From: an uncultured Chloroflexia bacterium
GTDB taxonomy: Bacteria; Chloroflexota; Limnocylindria; Limnocylindrales; CSP1-4
DNA length: 64,000 bases
Reading direction: 5' to 3'
Assembly: GCA_963749705.1 (NCBI GenBank)
Contig: CAVVNQ010000015.1
Coordinates: 1-64,000 of the forward strand
Positions 39,288 through 49,026 of this stretch are shown one piece after another. The translations under genes were made by a program, and so were the position numbers. The notes under the pieces are model-generated. The model did not search any database. It was not told the DNA's origin and saw nothing but the letters and a program-made list of their open reading frames with translations. The first letter of the stretch is position 1. Each line of letters starts with the position of its first letter.

Positions 39288-40306
39288 GCGAAGCCGGCCC
39301 GCCGGCGCCGTTGGGGGGCCGGCCGACGCCGTTGGTCGGTCCGTCACCCGGGCCGGAGGCGGTCATCCACTCGCGCCCCGCGGCGCTGGTCATGCTCGCG
39401 CTGCTGACCCTCATCTGGGGCGTCCACTGGGTCGTGGTCAAGACCGGGCTCCAGTACATGCCGCCGCTGACGTATGCGTCGCTGCGGATCGGATCGGGGC
39501 TCGCGACGATGATCGGGCTGCTGGCCGTCACGGGGCGGCTTCGGCGGCCCGACCCGGCGAACCTCCCGATCATGGTCTCGGTCGGGCTGGGCCAGATCGG
39601 CGCCGGCGTGGCGATCCAGGTCCTGGCCCTCCAGGCCGTGTCGGCGGGCCGGTCAGCGGTGCTGCTGTACACGATGCCGCTGTGGGTCGCCCTCCTGCTC
39701 GCGATCGTGTTCCGGATCCGGCCGCACCGCAACGAGCTGGTGGGGCTGGTGCTCGGCGTCGGCGGGCTGGCTGCGCTGCTCAACCCGGCGGTGATCGACT
39801 GGCGGTCGGGCGCGGAGCTGCTGGGGACGTTCGGGCTGCTGCTCAACGCCGTGATCTGGGCTGCGGTCGCGATCCACGTCCGTCGCCATCGCTGGACGCA
39901 GTCGCCGCTCGAGCTCCAGCCGTGGATGCTGCTGATCGCCCTGGTGCCGCTGGTCGTGCTGACCATGGTGCTGGAGCCGGGCCGGGCGATCCGCTGGGAG
40001 CCGATCACGCTGGGCATCCTGCTCTACAGCGGTCCACTCGCGACTGCGCTCGGGTTCTGGGCCAGCCAGGCGATCACCCGCTCGCTGGGCGCCCAGGCGT
40101 CGGGCACGGGGTTCCTCGCGACGCCGGTGGTCGGGCTGGCCTCGGGCGCGCTGCTGCTCAACGAGTCGCTGGGTCCTGCCGACGTGGTCGGGTTCATCCT
40201 GATCCTGGCCGGGATCGGCGTCACGACGCTGCTACCCTCGCGTCGTCCCGGGGCGGCGGTCTTGTCCACGCCCGCCGGGCCGGAGGCGCAGGGGAGCTCG
40301 GGTTGA
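39284..40306 (+). CDS. DMT/EamA-family transporter
   Basis: 10 TMs, IWG..W..VK, two EamA halves; GTGA overlap. Confidence 0.85.
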   Translation: MSEAGPPAPLGGRPTPLVGPSPGPEAVIHSRPAALVMLALLTLIWGVHWVVVKTGLQYMPPLTYASLRIGSGLATMIGLLAVTGRLRRPDPANLPIMVSVGLGQIGAGVAIQVLALQAVSAGRSAVLLYTMPLWVALLLAIVFRIRPHRNELVGLVLGVGGLAALLNPAVIDWRSGAELLGTFGLLLNAVIWAAVAIHVRRHRWTQSPLELQPWMLLIALVPLVVLTMVLEPGRAIRWEPITLGILLYSGPLATALGFWASQAITRSLGAQASGTGFLATPVVGLASGALLLNESLGPADVVGFILILAGIGVTTLLPSRRPGAAVLSTPAGPEAQGSSG

Positions 40307-40878
40307 CCAAGGGCCGGATCGAGGCATTCAGCGACGGCGTCCTCGCGATCATCATCACGATCATGGTCCTCGAGCTGCGACCGCCCGAGGGCAGCCACAT
40401 CGAGGATCTCCGGGGCCTCGCTCCGGTTCTCGTCAGCTATGTCCTGAGCTTCGCCTACATCGGCATCTACTGGAACAACCACCACCACCTGTTCCAGGCC
40501 GTGCGCGCGGTCGGCGGGCGGGTGCTGTGGGCGAACCTCCACCTCCTGTTCTGGCTGTCGCTCGTCCCGTTCGCGACCGCCTGGATGGGCGAGCGCGAGT
40601 TCGCCAGTGACCCGGTGGCGGTCTATGGCGCGGTGCTGCTGTTCGCCGCGATCGCGTACTTCATCCTGGTGCGCGCGTTGATCGCGATCCAGCCCGATGA
40701 CGCCCCGCTCGCCGCGGCAATCGGGACCGACACCAAGGGCAAGGTCTCGCCGCTGCTGTACGCGGCCGCGATCCCGATCGCGCTGGTCGCGCCCTGGGTC
40801 TCGTTCGGGATCTACGTCCTCGTCGCGATGATCTGGATCGTCCCGGACACCCGCATCGAGCGGACGATCGCTCGATAG
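40303..40878 (+). CDS. TMEM175-family K+ channel
   Basis: RIEAFSDGVLAIIITIMVLEL, YWNNHHH; TTGA overlap. Confidence 0.93.
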   Translation: MTKGRIEAFSDGVLAIIITIMVLELRPPEGSHIEDLRGLAPVLVSYVLSFAYIGIYWNNHHHLFQAVRAVGGRVLWANLHLLFWLSLVPFATAWMGEREFASDPVAVYGAVLLFAAIAYFILVRALIAIQPDDAPLAAAIGTDTKGKVSPLLYAAAIPIALVAPWVSFGIYVLVAMIWIVPDTRIERTIAR

Positions 40879-40973
40879 GCCCTTGTGGCTTCGGCCCGCA
40901 GGCGCCTTCATCGCGCCACGGCGCCCGCGGCGTCCGCATCGCCCACGGCGCCCGGCTGCTCAGCGCCCGCGAA

Positions 40974-41008
40974 GTCACTGCCGTCCGCGATGAGCCTCCG
41001 CGCATCGC
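40974..41008 (+). repeat. Repeat family B left arm (pair 1)
   Basis: GTCACTGCCGTCCGCGATGAGCCTCCGCGCATCGC. Confidence 0.75.
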
Positions 41009-41026
41009 GGCGCGGCGCGGGCGTGC

Positions 41027-41413
41027 TCAGTGGCGCGCCCGGAGCACGAGCAGCGAACCCAGGTACGAGGCGGCCATGACCACCGCGACGAGCGCGTACG
41101 GCTGCCAGTCGCCACCGGACGCATCGGCGACCACGAAGGCTGCGAGGACGACGATCGCGCTCACGGCGAGCGCGTAGGCGCTGGCCTCGACGTTGATGTG
41201 CTCCCAGCGCTCATCGACCGGTCGGCCCGCGAGGACGCTGATGGTCTCGTTTCGCCGGCCGAGGACGGTGACCGCGATGGACCACCCGAGGATGATCGCG
41301 ACCGAGACGCCGGCCCGCGCCGCTGATCCGCCGCCGGCCAGCTCTGCGATCCCGAACGCAGCGGCGATCACGGTGCCGGACACCAGGACCGGGGCCCTAC
41401 GCAGGATCTTCAT
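41027..41413 (-). CDS. Small membrane protein (DUF2178-like)
   Basis: 4 TMs with central DER motif; coupled to the upstream HTH gene. Confidence 0.7.
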   Translation of the reverse strand: MKILRRAPVLVSGTVIAAAFGIAELAGGGSAARAGVSVAIILGWSIAVTVLGRRNETISVLAGRPVDERWEHINVEASAYALAVSAIVVLAAFVVADASGGDWQPYALVAVVMAASYLGSLLVLRARH

Positions 41414-41594
41414 GGAATATCTCCTCCACCGCTCGCTCGAAGAACCGCCCGATGGCGATCGCGAGCGGGAGCGACGGCAGATACCGACCGGTCTCGATCG
41501 AGTTGATCGTCTGGCGGGAAACGGACAGGCGAGCCGCGAGGTCACCCTGACTCAGGTTTCGAGCCTCGCGGAGCCTGCGTACCTCGTTCTGCAC
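41397..41594 (-). CDS. XRE-family HTH regulator
   Basis: LSQGDLAARLSVSRQTINSIETGRYLPSL. Confidence 0.92.
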   Translation of the reverse strand: MQNEVRRLREARNLSQGDLAARLSVSRQTINSIETGRYLPSLPLAIAIGRFFERAVEEIFHEDPA

Positions 41595-41596
41595 GC

Positions 41597-41642
41597 TGTA
41601 AAGCTACCTTGACAGGAGGGAAGGTGTCAAGGGTGCTTGTCA
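41597..41642 (-). promoter_or_regulatory. Promoter TTGACA-n18-TAGCTT overlapped by two TGT(C/A)AAG-n4-CTTG(A/T)CA operators
   Basis: Palindromes at 41597-41614 and 41625-41642; GTG 6 nt after the -10. Confidence 0.7.
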
Positions 41643-41673
41643 GACGGACTTGTGAGGCCGGTGCGTCGGACGA

Positions 41674-41709
41674 GTGATGCGCCGACGCTCATCACGGACG
41701 GGGGTGGTT
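41674..41709 (-). repeat. Repeat family B right arm (pair 1)
   Basis: GTGATGCGCCGACGCTCATCACGGACGGGGGTGGTT, inverted relative to 40974-41008. Confidence 0.75.
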
Positions 41710-41732
41710 GCGCCGGAGCCTCGGCGGAGGCG

Positions 41733-41806
41733 CGCCGCCGATCCAGACGCCGCCGATCCAGACGCCGCCGATCCAGACGCCGCCGATCCAGACGCCGCGG
41801 ATCAGG
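41733..41806 (+). repeat. 15-bp tandem repeat CGCCGCCGATCCAGA x4 plus a degenerate copy
   Basis: Read directly. Confidence 0.9.
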
Positions 41807-42638
41807 GCGCCTGGACGTGGTCGGCCCAGCGGTGGGCCGGCTCGTAGCCCAGGACGCGGCGGGCGCGATCGATCGAGAGCAGGGTCTCGCGACCCTCGAC
41901 GTGGCGGGTGAGCGGCACGGACGGGAACACCTCGGCCATGAGGTCCGCACTGGGGCGGGGCATCACCGTATCGGCGGCGGCGATGATGCACACGTCGGCC
42001 CCGGTCGTCTCCGCCTCGAGCCCGAGGCGGCAGGCGAGGGCGACATCGCGGCAGTCGACGTAGCCCCACAGGTTCCAGCGCCGGAGCCGCGCGTCGTCCC
42101 AGTAGCTCGGGAATGCGGCGTAGTCGTCGGGCTCCATGATGTTCGAGATCCGCAGCCCGACGAACGGGATCCCGGTCCGCCGGTTGAACTGGCGAGCCAT
42201 CTCCTCGCCCAGAACCTTCGACAGCGCGTACGACCACTCGGGTCGCGGTTCGATGGTCTCGTCGATGGGCGCGAACAGGGGAGGGGTGTCGAACGGGAGG
42301 CCAAGCACGGTCTCCGAGGATGCCCACACGACCCGCCTGAGGCTGTGCGCCTCGGCGGCGGCGAACACGTTGTACGTCGAGAGCGTGTTGATCCGGAAGG
42401 TCTCCGCGGGCGTTCGGATGTCCGGCGCAGGGATCGCGGCCAGGTGGACCACCGCGTCGGCGCCGCGCAGTGCCTCGTACGCCTGGCCGTCATCGGCGAG
42501 GTCCGCGACCAGGCACAGGCCATGGGTGCTGCCATCGTGCCTCGTGTCCACATTGAGGACGTCGTAGCCGTGCTCGCGCAGATCGCGGACGACCCAGCGT
42601 CCCGCCTTGCCGCTGCCACCTGTCACGACGATGCGCAT
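41802..42638 (-). CDS. NAD-dependent epimerase/dehydratase
   Basis: TGGSGKAG, VVHLAA, YALSK. Confidence 0.92.
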   Translation of the reverse strand: MRIVVTGGSGKAGRWVVRDLREHGYDVLNVDTRHDGSTHGLCLVADLADDGQAYEALRGADAVVHLAAIPAPDIRTPAETFRINTLSTYNVFAAAEAHSLRRVVWASSETVLGLPFDTPPLFAPIDETIEPRPEWSYALSKVLGEEMARQFNRRTGIPFVGLRISNIMEPDDYAAFPSYWDDARLRRWNLWGYVDCRDVALACRLGLEAETTGADVCIIAAADTVMPRPSADLMAEVFPSVPLTRHVEGRETLLSIDRARRVLGYEPAHRWADHVQAP

Positions 42639-42655
42639 CGCGCTCTCCCTGCATT

Positions 42656-42891
42656 GTCACTGCCGTTCGTGATGAGCCTCCGCGCATCACGACCGTGATT
42701 CTCGCCCGGAACGATTGCGCGCGGGACGGTCGCGAGGAAACGGTCGGCCGCGCCGGCGGGCGGATGTGCCCCATGGTCTTCGGGCCTGATATTGCGCCGC
42801 ATGTGCCACGTGCCACATGTGCCGCGACTTGTTCTGCACCGAATCGTCGGCGCGGGTGATGCGCGGACACTCATCGCAGATGGGGGTGGTT
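42656..42891. repeat. Repeat family B pair 2 (arms 42656-42690 and 42856-42891)
   Basis: GTCACTGCCGTTCGTGATGAGCCTCCGCGCATCAC..GTGATGCGCGGACACTCATCGCAGATGGGGGTGGTT. Confidence 0.75.
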
Positions 42892-42996
42892 CTGAGATCG
42901 ATGGCGTCATCCGGCACCCCGGGGCGGTCCCGATATCATGCGGATCGCCATGCGCCCGGCGGGGCAGCCGAGGGGAAGCGCCTCCGCGCCGAATGA

Positions 42997-44169
42997 TCAG
43001 CGCCAGAGATGGCCGTACGAGTGCTCGCCCTCCAGGGTGCGGCCGGCGGCGAACCGGGACAGCGCGTAGGGCGAGATGTCGACGGTGGTCGCTTGCCCGT
43101 CGAGGATCAGCTCGGTCATGCAGGCGCCGACGGCGGGCGCGGTCTTGAACCCCGTGCCCGAGAACCCGCACGCGACGTAGAACCCCTCCGGGCCGACGCG
43201 ATCGAGGATCGCGTGCTGGTCCGGGGTGATGCCGTCCTGGCCACCGTGCGCGGTCCGGTACGTGCCCTGTTCCATCCACGGGACCCGCGAGCACACGCCG
43301 TTGACGAGGGCGTCGATGGTCGAGCGGGCGAGGGGGTCCTCCGGGCGGTCGGGGGAGCCGCCGACGACGTTGTCGGTCTCGAGCCCGACGAGCATCAGCT
43401 CCCGGCCCTCGGGACGGAAGTAGATCCCGGCGGAGTGGTCGATGATGACGGGGAAGCCGGCCGACCGGCCCGCCGGCAGGCCGAAGTAGGCGGTGGCGTG
43501 GCGCCACGAATCGACCGGGAGCTCGACGCCCACGGTGGCCGCGAGGGGCGCTGCCCAGGCCCCCGCGACGTCGACCACGACCGGCGCCTCGAACCGCCCC
43601 TTGTCGGTGTCGACACCGATGACGCGGTCGCCGTCCGTGGCCACGCCCCGGACGAAGCAGCCGCCAATGTAGCTCGCGCCGAGCCGTCGGGCGGCGGCGA
43701 GGAACCCCGATGCAGTTCCGGTGGGATCGGCATAGCCGGACTCGGGCTCATGGGCCGCGATCGCGACGTCGTCGACGCGGATGCCGGGCATCAGGGCCGC
43801 GACATCATCGGCGCCGATGGTCGTGGTCGGGATGCCCACGCCCTTGAGCATCTCGACGTTCGCCCGCAACGCATCAGCCAGCTCCGCGGGAACCAGCTGG
43901 ATGAAGCCGGTTCGGACGAACCCGCAGTCGCCGTCGCCGACGATCTCCGCCCAGTCGCGGAAGTACGGGTGCGACGCCCAGGCGAATCGTGCCTCGCTCT
44001 CGAGGTCGTAGTGCATCCGGACGAACCCGGATGACCGGCCCGTGGCGCCGGCGGCAATGGTGGATCGCTCGAGTACGAGGACACGGACACCCCGACGCGC
44101 GAGGTGGAACGCGAGGCTCGCCCCCTGGACGCCTGCTCCCACCACGATCACGTCCGCGGTCTGCGCCAT
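42997..44169 (-). CDS. FAD-dependent oxidoreductase (DAO/sarcosine oxidase beta-like)
   Basis: GAGVQG, ATGRSSG, TPDQH, GFSGTGFK. Confidence 0.9.
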   Translation of the reverse strand: MAQTADVIVVGAGVQGASLAFHLARRGVRVLVLERSTIAAGATGRSSGFVRMHYDLESEARFAWASHPYFRDWAEIVGDGDCGFVRTGFIQLVPAELADALRANVEMLKGVGIPTTTIGADDVAALMPGIRVDDVAIAAHEPESGYADPTGTASGFLAAARRLGASYIGGCFVRGVATDGDRVIGVDTDKGRFEAPVVVDVAGAWAAPLAATVGVELPVDSWRHATAYFGLPAGRSAGFPVIIDHSAGIYFRPEGRELMLVGLETDNVVGGSPDRPEDPLARSTIDALVNGVCSRVPWMEQGTYRTAHGGQDGITPDQHAILDRVGPEGFYVACGFSGTGFKTAPAVGACMTELILDGQATTVDISPYALSRFAAGRTLEGEHSYGHLWR

Positions 44170-44256
44170 GTTGCCCGGGCCTCCGTCCAACGCCGTCACG
44201 TGCCCGGTCGCATGCCGGGTCGCGACAAGTCTGCCCGAAGTCCGGCCGCCGCTCGG

Positions 44257-44306
44257 GCGATCCGCGCACGGGACGCGATCCGCGCACGGGACGCGATCCG
44301 CGCACG
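44257..44306 (+). repeat. 18-bp tandem repeat GCGATCCGCGCACGGGAC x~3
   Basis: Read directly. Confidence 0.85.
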
Positions 44307-44336
44307 AGAGACGAGACGTCTCGGCGCCCACGAAGA

Positions 44337-44364
44337 AGGGCCCGGGCGGTGCTGCCCGGGCCCT
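44337..44364 (-). terminator. Hairpin terminator after the SIMPL gene
   Basis: agggcccgggc-ggtgct-gcccgggccct, followed by TCTT on the minus strand. Confidence 0.65.
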
Positions 44365-44395
44365 GGATGCCGGCGCTCCTCCGCGCAGGCGGTCG

Positions 44396-45184
44396 TCAGT
44401 CGATGAGGAACGACACCGAGACCTGGATCGTAACGTCGGTCGAGCCGGCCATCACCGGGGTGGCTGCGTCCGCGGCGAGAGCCCCTGCCGCGTATTCCCT
44501 GCCGTACCAGACCGGCGTGGACACGGACTCGCTCATCGATGCGACACCGGTGATCCGGACGTTGACGCCGGCCGCAAGCGTGTCGGCCTTGGCCTTCGCG
44601 TCCTTGACCGCGGCCTCGCGCGCGCTCGCCTCGGCGGCGGCCCGGTCGGCCACGTCGAACGAGATCCCATCGACGGACGAGGCCCCGGCGGTGACCGCGT
44701 CGTCGAGCACATCGGACATGACATCGAGCTTGCGAACCGTCACGGTCACGATGTTCCGGAGCTGGTAGCCGCGGATCTTGGGGGTCGCGTTCTGCGGGTA
44801 GTCGTACACGGGGCCGAGCGAGACCGCTGACGTCTGGATGTCCTTGTCGTCGATGCCCAGCTTCCTGACCGCGGCGATCACCTTGGTCATCGCGGCCGCC
44901 GCCGCGTCGCGTGCGGCCTTGGCAGTCGACTTCTCGGTGACGACGCCGAGGCTGATCGTGGCCATGTCCGGCGTGACGACCACCTTGCCGCTGCCGGTGA
45001 CCGAGATCGTGTGCTCGGGCGGCTGGTCGGCCGCGCCGGGCGTGAGGGCGGTCGTTCGCCCGGGGACGAGGACGCCGGCAAGCGCGGGTCCCGCGAGCAG
45101 GCCGACGAGCAGGCCGCCGACCGCGGCGATGGTCACCCAGGCGCCGATGCGACGGCCCCATCGAGAGAGGATCGAGTCGTTCAT
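44396..45184 (-). CDS. SIMPL (DUF541) domain secreted protein
   Basis: ISVTGSGKV...PD.A, DIQTS..L.P.Y, AVKDAKAKA..LA. Confidence 0.9.
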   Translation of the reverse strand: MNDSILSRWGRRIGAWVTIAAVGGLLVGLLAGPALAGVLVPGRTTALTPGAADQPPEHTISVTGSGKVVVTPDMATISLGVVTEKSTAKAARDAAAAAMTKVIAAVRKLGIDDKDIQTSAVSLGPVYDYPQNATPKIRGYQLRNIVTVTVRKLDVMSDVLDDAVTAGASSVDGISFDVADRAAAEASAREAAVKDAKAKADTLAAGVNVRITGVASMSESVSTPVWYGREYAAGALAADAATPVMAGSTDVTIQVSVSFLID

Positions 45185-45357
45185 GTCCGTGTTCCGTCCC
45201 CTGGTGGTGTGTTGCGGCGCGCTTTGGTCGCCGTCCGGTCATCCAGGGTTCAGACGCCACCGGGGCCCGATCGGTTGCCTGGGGTGGCGATCGTGCGCGG
45301 GAACCTCTCGTGCTGCTACCCTTCGGCCGCGTCCCGGAGCGAGAGGAGTGGGGGAGG

Positions 45358-47106
45358 TTGGGGGACCAGGCCGAGCGGCTGGTCGAGACGCAGCTCCGCG
45401 CCGTGCTGCCCGAAGGCGCGCGCCTGTACGCCAACGTCCGGTTCGTCGCGCGAACACGCCCCGCCGGGCCGGCGCACGACGGCGAGGCGGACATCGTCGT
45501 GGTGCATCCGGACAACGGAATTCTCGTGATCGAGACCAAGGCCGGCGCGCCCAGCCGCGACGGCCGTGGCCGCTGGTTCATCGGCAGCCACGAGCTCACC
45601 CGGTCTCCGTTCGAGCAGGCCGAGGCCGCCAAGCGAGATCTGGCCCGCGCGATCGAGGCGCTGCCCGCGTGGCCGTCCGGCCGGGAGCTCCGAGCCGGAC
45701 ACGCCGTCGCGTTCCCCGACGCGGACCTCGCGAGCCTCCCGGCCGGCCACCCGTTGCTCGGCCCGGACGCGCAGCCTGAGATCATCCTCGACGCCGACGC
45801 GCTGGCAACGCCCGAGAAGGCAAAGCGGGCCCTCGACCAGGTGTGGGACTTATGGGTCGGCGACGGCAGCCGCGGTCATCCACCGGGTGACGACGGGGTC
45901 GCGCTGATCGACCACTACCTCGCGCCCGCCCTCGAGCTCCGGCGGTTGCTGCGGCACGGCATCAAGGACGATCGCGAGCGTCTCCTCCGCGCATCGAACG
46001 CCCAGCTCCTCGTCCTCAACCATGCCCGCCACGTCCGGCGGGCGAGCATCGTCGGGCCGGCGGGGAGCGGCAAGTCGCTGGTCGCCGTCGAGCAGGCTCG
46101 CCGCCTGGCGAAGATGGGCTATCGAACGCTCTTCGTGTGCTTCAACCAGCCACTCGCGAGCGCCGTCATCCGGGAGCTCGACCGCGATGGCGAGCCCGAC
46201 GACCGCCGGCCGCGGGTGACCACCTTCCATCGGCTGTGCGAGACGATGGGCCGGCAGGCGGCCACGCTCGGACCCAAGCCGTCGGAGCCGATCCCGCAGG
46301 CCTGGTGGGACGAGGCGTTGCCCGGCGCGCTGCTGGGGGCGATCGACACCCTGCCCGACGAGCGGTTCCACGCCATCGTCGTCGACGAGGGCCAGGACTT
46401 CGAGCCGGGCTGGCTGGAGTCGCTCCAGTTCCTGCTGTTCGAGCCCGAGACCGGCGTGTTCTGGGTGTTCCACGATCCCGGCCAGGCACTGTTCCGCGAC
46501 GACCGGGTGGGGGAGCTGGCGGGGCTGGTCGAGCTCGAGCTGTTCGAGGACTATCGGTGTCCCGCGCCGGTCGCCGAGCTCGCGGCTCGCTTCTACCGCG
46601 GCCCGACCGCGCCGATCTCGATGACCGACGGTGCCGGCGATGCGCCGAGGCTCATCACGGCCGACCCCGGGCACGGCACCGTGGACTGCGTCCGCCGCGA
46701 GCTTCATCGCCTGGTCGATGTCGAGGGCGTCCGGCCATGGCAGATCGCCGTCCTGTCGGGCCGCGCCGCTCCGCGCAGCGACGTGTGGTGCCAGCGCGTG
46801 TTCGGCAATCTCGTCCTGTGGAACGGGGCGATCGACGAGGATGGCCAATCGCTTGGCCTGGCGGCCGACGAGGTTCCCGACGAGCCGCCCGACGGCGCGA
46901 TCGTGCGCTTCGAGAGCATCCGCCGGTTCAAGGGCCTCGAGCGCGAGGTCGTGATCCTATGCGAGCTGCCCGACGACGGCCCACGCCTCGACCAGCTCCT
47001 GTACACGGCCCTCACCCGCGCGACCACGCACCTGATCGTCATCGCGCCGCCGGCGCTGCATGAACGACTGGCGGGCGCCTCGGATCCACGTTCCCGCCGG
47101 CACTAG
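45358..47106 (+). CDS. NERD nuclease fused to a superfamily 1 (UvrD-like) helicase
   Basis: GEADIVVVHP..LVIETK; GPAGSGKS; VVDEGQD; FKGLE; YTALTRA. Start uncertain (45310 or 45358). Confidence 0.88.
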   Translation: MGDQAERLVETQLRAVLPEGARLYANVRFVARTRPAGPAHDGEADIVVVHPDNGILVIETKAGAPSRDGRGRWFIGSHELTRSPFEQAEAAKRDLARAIEALPAWPSGRELRAGHAVAFPDADLASLPAGHPLLGPDAQPEIILDADALATPEKAKRALDQVWDLWVGDGSRGHPPGDDGVALIDHYLAPALELRRLLRHGIKDDRERLLRASNAQLLVLNHARHVRRASIVGPAGSGKSLVAVEQARRLAKMGYRTLFVCFNQPLASAVIRELDRDGEPDDRRPRVTTFHRLCETMGRQAATLGPKPSEPIPQAWWDEALPGALLGAIDTLPDERFHAIVVDEGQDFEPGWLESLQFLLFEPETGVFWVFHDPGQALFRDDRVGELAGLVELELFEDYRCPAPVAELAARFYRGPTAPISMTDGAGDAPRLITADPGHGTVDCVRRELHRLVDVEGVRPWQIAVLSGRAAPRSDVWCQRVFGNLVLWNGAIDEDGQSLGLAADEVPDEPPDGAIVRFESIRRFKGLEREVVILCELPDDGPRLDQLLYTALTRATTHLIVIAPPALHERLAGASDPRSRRH

Positions 47107-47128
47107 GCCGAGCAGGACTCGAGTCGCC

Positions 47129-47542
47129 CTATGCCGCCTGGGCGAGCACGGCGGCACGACGCACGATCGCGAGCAGCATGCCCGACTCGTAGGCGCCTGC
47201 CAGCTCGCCCTCCGTGAACCGGTCGCCGCGGATGATCGCGGTGATGAGCTTGACCAGGTCGTCCGCGCTGGCGCCGGCGACCAGACCTGGATCTGCGATG
47301 AGCCTCTGCGCATCGGGCGTGGCGACCCAGGCCATCCAGTCGAACGGGACGACCCAGCCGTTCGATGCCGCGATGCGGCGGAAGTCATCGGCAGCCGCGC
47401 TGTATTCGAACCAGGGCATGTGCCACACGCCGTCGGCGTCAGGCTCGCCGGTCACCCAGTGGCCGATGGTGAAGTCGGGCGCCATCAGGACGGGCTCGAA
47501 CGCCGCCAGCGCCAGGAGGCGATCGCGCTCGGTCGCCGTCAT
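47129..47542 (-). CDS. DUF6508-like protein
   Basis: FDWMAW..LITAIIRGDRFTEG.L..A..SG. Confidence 0.7.
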   Translation of the reverse strand: MTATERDRLLALAAFEPVLMAPDFTIGHWVTGEPDADGVWHMPWFEYSAAADDFRRIAASNGWVVPFDWMAWVATPDAQRLIADPGLVAGASADDLVKLITAIIRGDRFTEGELAGAYESGMLLAIVRRAAVLAQAA

Positions 47543-47552
47543 CGTCGTCCGC

Positions 47553-48266
47553 TCAGCCGGCCTTGGTGGCCGCGTCGCCGGTCGACGGTGGTTCGCCGGT
47601 CTCCGTCGCCTCGCCGTTATCGGGCTCGGCTTCGCCCGTCTCCGGCTCGGATTCGTCGTCCGCGAGCAGGCGGTACGCCTGGCGGCGGGCATCGGTCAGG
47701 ATGCGCGTGGTCTCGGACCGGGCGTGCGCGGAGCCGACGCGCTGGACCTGCATCACCGCGCCGATCAGCTGGATGGCGAGCTTGCGCAGGTCGGGCTCGT
47801 CGTCCCCGGCCCGGTCGCTCCACCGTCCGGATGCGGGGTTGGCATCGGCGGCCGCCAGACCCTGCTCGGTCAGGGTGTAGGTGCGCCGACCGTCGACCTC
47901 GTCGCTGGTCACGAGACCCTCGTCGGCGAGCTGCTGGAGGGTGGGGTAGACGGACCCCGCGCTCGGCCGCCAGCGGCCGCCGCTCTGCGCCTCGAGCTCC
48001 TGGATGACCTCGTAGCCGTGCATCGGCCGGGTCAGCAGGGTCGCCAGGATCAGCGGGCGGATCTCGCCCCGCCGGAGCCTCCCCCGGCCCCAGCCGCCGC
48101 GACCGAGCATGCCGCGGACGTCGACGGGCACGCCGTCCGGTCCGGGGCCGCGCCGGCGACCGGGTCCTCGGTGGTGATGCCGCATGTCGGCATGTCGGTT
48201 GGCGTTGCCATGGCGCCAGCCGTCGATGTTCTGGGCGATGTCGCCCTCGAATGAGCTTCGGAACAT
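47553..48266 (-). CDS. PadR-family transcriptional regulator
   Basis: PMHGYEVIQEL..WRPSAGSVYPTLQQL.DEGL. Confidence 0.92.
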   Translation of the reverse strand: MFRSSFEGDIAQNIDGWRHGNANRHADMRHHHRGPGRRRGPGPDGVPVDVRGMLGRGGWGRGRLRRGEIRPLILATLLTRPMHGYEVIQELEAQSGGRWRPSAGSVYPTLQQLADEGLVTSDEVDGRRTYTLTEQGLAAADANPASGRWSDRAGDDEPDLRKLAIQLIGAVMQVQRVGSAHARSETTRILTDARRQAYRLLADDESEPETGEAEPDNGEATETGEPPSTGDAATKAG

Positions 48267-48312
48267 GTGTGTTCCCCCTTCTTGATACGTTGCGCGGTAT
48301 CGCGCGCCATCA

Positions 48313-48322
48313 CGATATATCG
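48313..48322. promoter_or_regulatory. CGATATATCG palindrome, probable PadR autoregulatory operator
   Basis: AT-rich perfect palindrome just upstream of padR. Confidence 0.6.
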
Positions 48323-48376
48323 GTATAGGAGGCTCGTCAAGTCCGCGTCGAACGCCTCCGAGGCACGTATGGCCCT

Positions 48377-48456
48377 GCGATGAGCCTCCGCCCATCGGCG
48401 GGCGGCTCATCGGCGGCTGACGGGCGGCTCATCGGCGGCCGACGGGCGGCTCATCG
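48377..48456. repeat. Family B-related hairpin plus GGGCGGCTCATCG x3
   Basis: GCGATGAGCCTCCGCCCATCG then three inverted CTCATCG units. Confidence 0.6.
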
Positions 48457-48504
48457 CCCGCTGGCCCGCCGAGCGCGGCCCGAGGCTGGTCGAGCGAACC
48501 GACC

Positions 48505-48975
48505 CTACCCGAGCGCCTTGCGCATCATCACGTCGGTCTCGACATACCCGGACGTGCGGTAGAGCTCGCGGGCGACCTGGTTGGCGCCGAACACGTGGAG
48601 CCCGATCCGGTCGTAGCCGAGCGATCTCGCGAGCGGTTCCAGGGCCGCCATCGCCGCCCGCCCGTAGCCGCGTCCCCGGGCATCCTCGTTGACCACGATG
48701 TCGTAGATGAAGCACTCGCCGCTGCCGATCTCCCGCAGCGGGGCGAACCACAGGCTCCCGACCACCTCGCCGCTCTCGGTGACGATCGACCGGAGCTCGT
48801 GGCCGGGGGTCGCCAAACCGTCGGGGAGCAGCCGGGCGAACTCCGCGTCCGCGCGCGCCTGCGCCTCGTCGGCCGTCCAGGTGCCGGCGCGGACCTTCTC
48901 CAGGCCGAACTCGCGGACGGCGTCGCCGTGCCAGGCGTTCCAGGCTTCTGCTGACATCGGCTCGAGCGTGACCAT
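48505..48975 (-). CDS. GNAT acetyltransferase
   Basis: RGRGYG motif A, LHVFGAN..A..LY. Confidence 0.92.
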   Translation of the reverse strand: MVTLEPMSAEAWNAWHGDAVREFGLEKVRAGTWTADEAQARADAEFARLLPDGLATPGHELRSIVTESGEVVGSLWFAPLREIGSGECFIYDIVVNEDARGRGYGRAAMAALEPLARSLGYDRIGLHVFGANQVARELYRTSGYVETDVMMRKALG

Positions 48976-49026
48976 CGGCGCAGGATACGCGACCGCACGC
49001 TGCCGTGACAGGGTACCGTAACCATC

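Noticed and set aside
41733-41806. Short tandem repeats as a CRISPR array (also 11941, 44257, 60578)
   Set aside because: Units are contiguous or nearly so, have no spacers of CRISPR length, and no cas genes are present.
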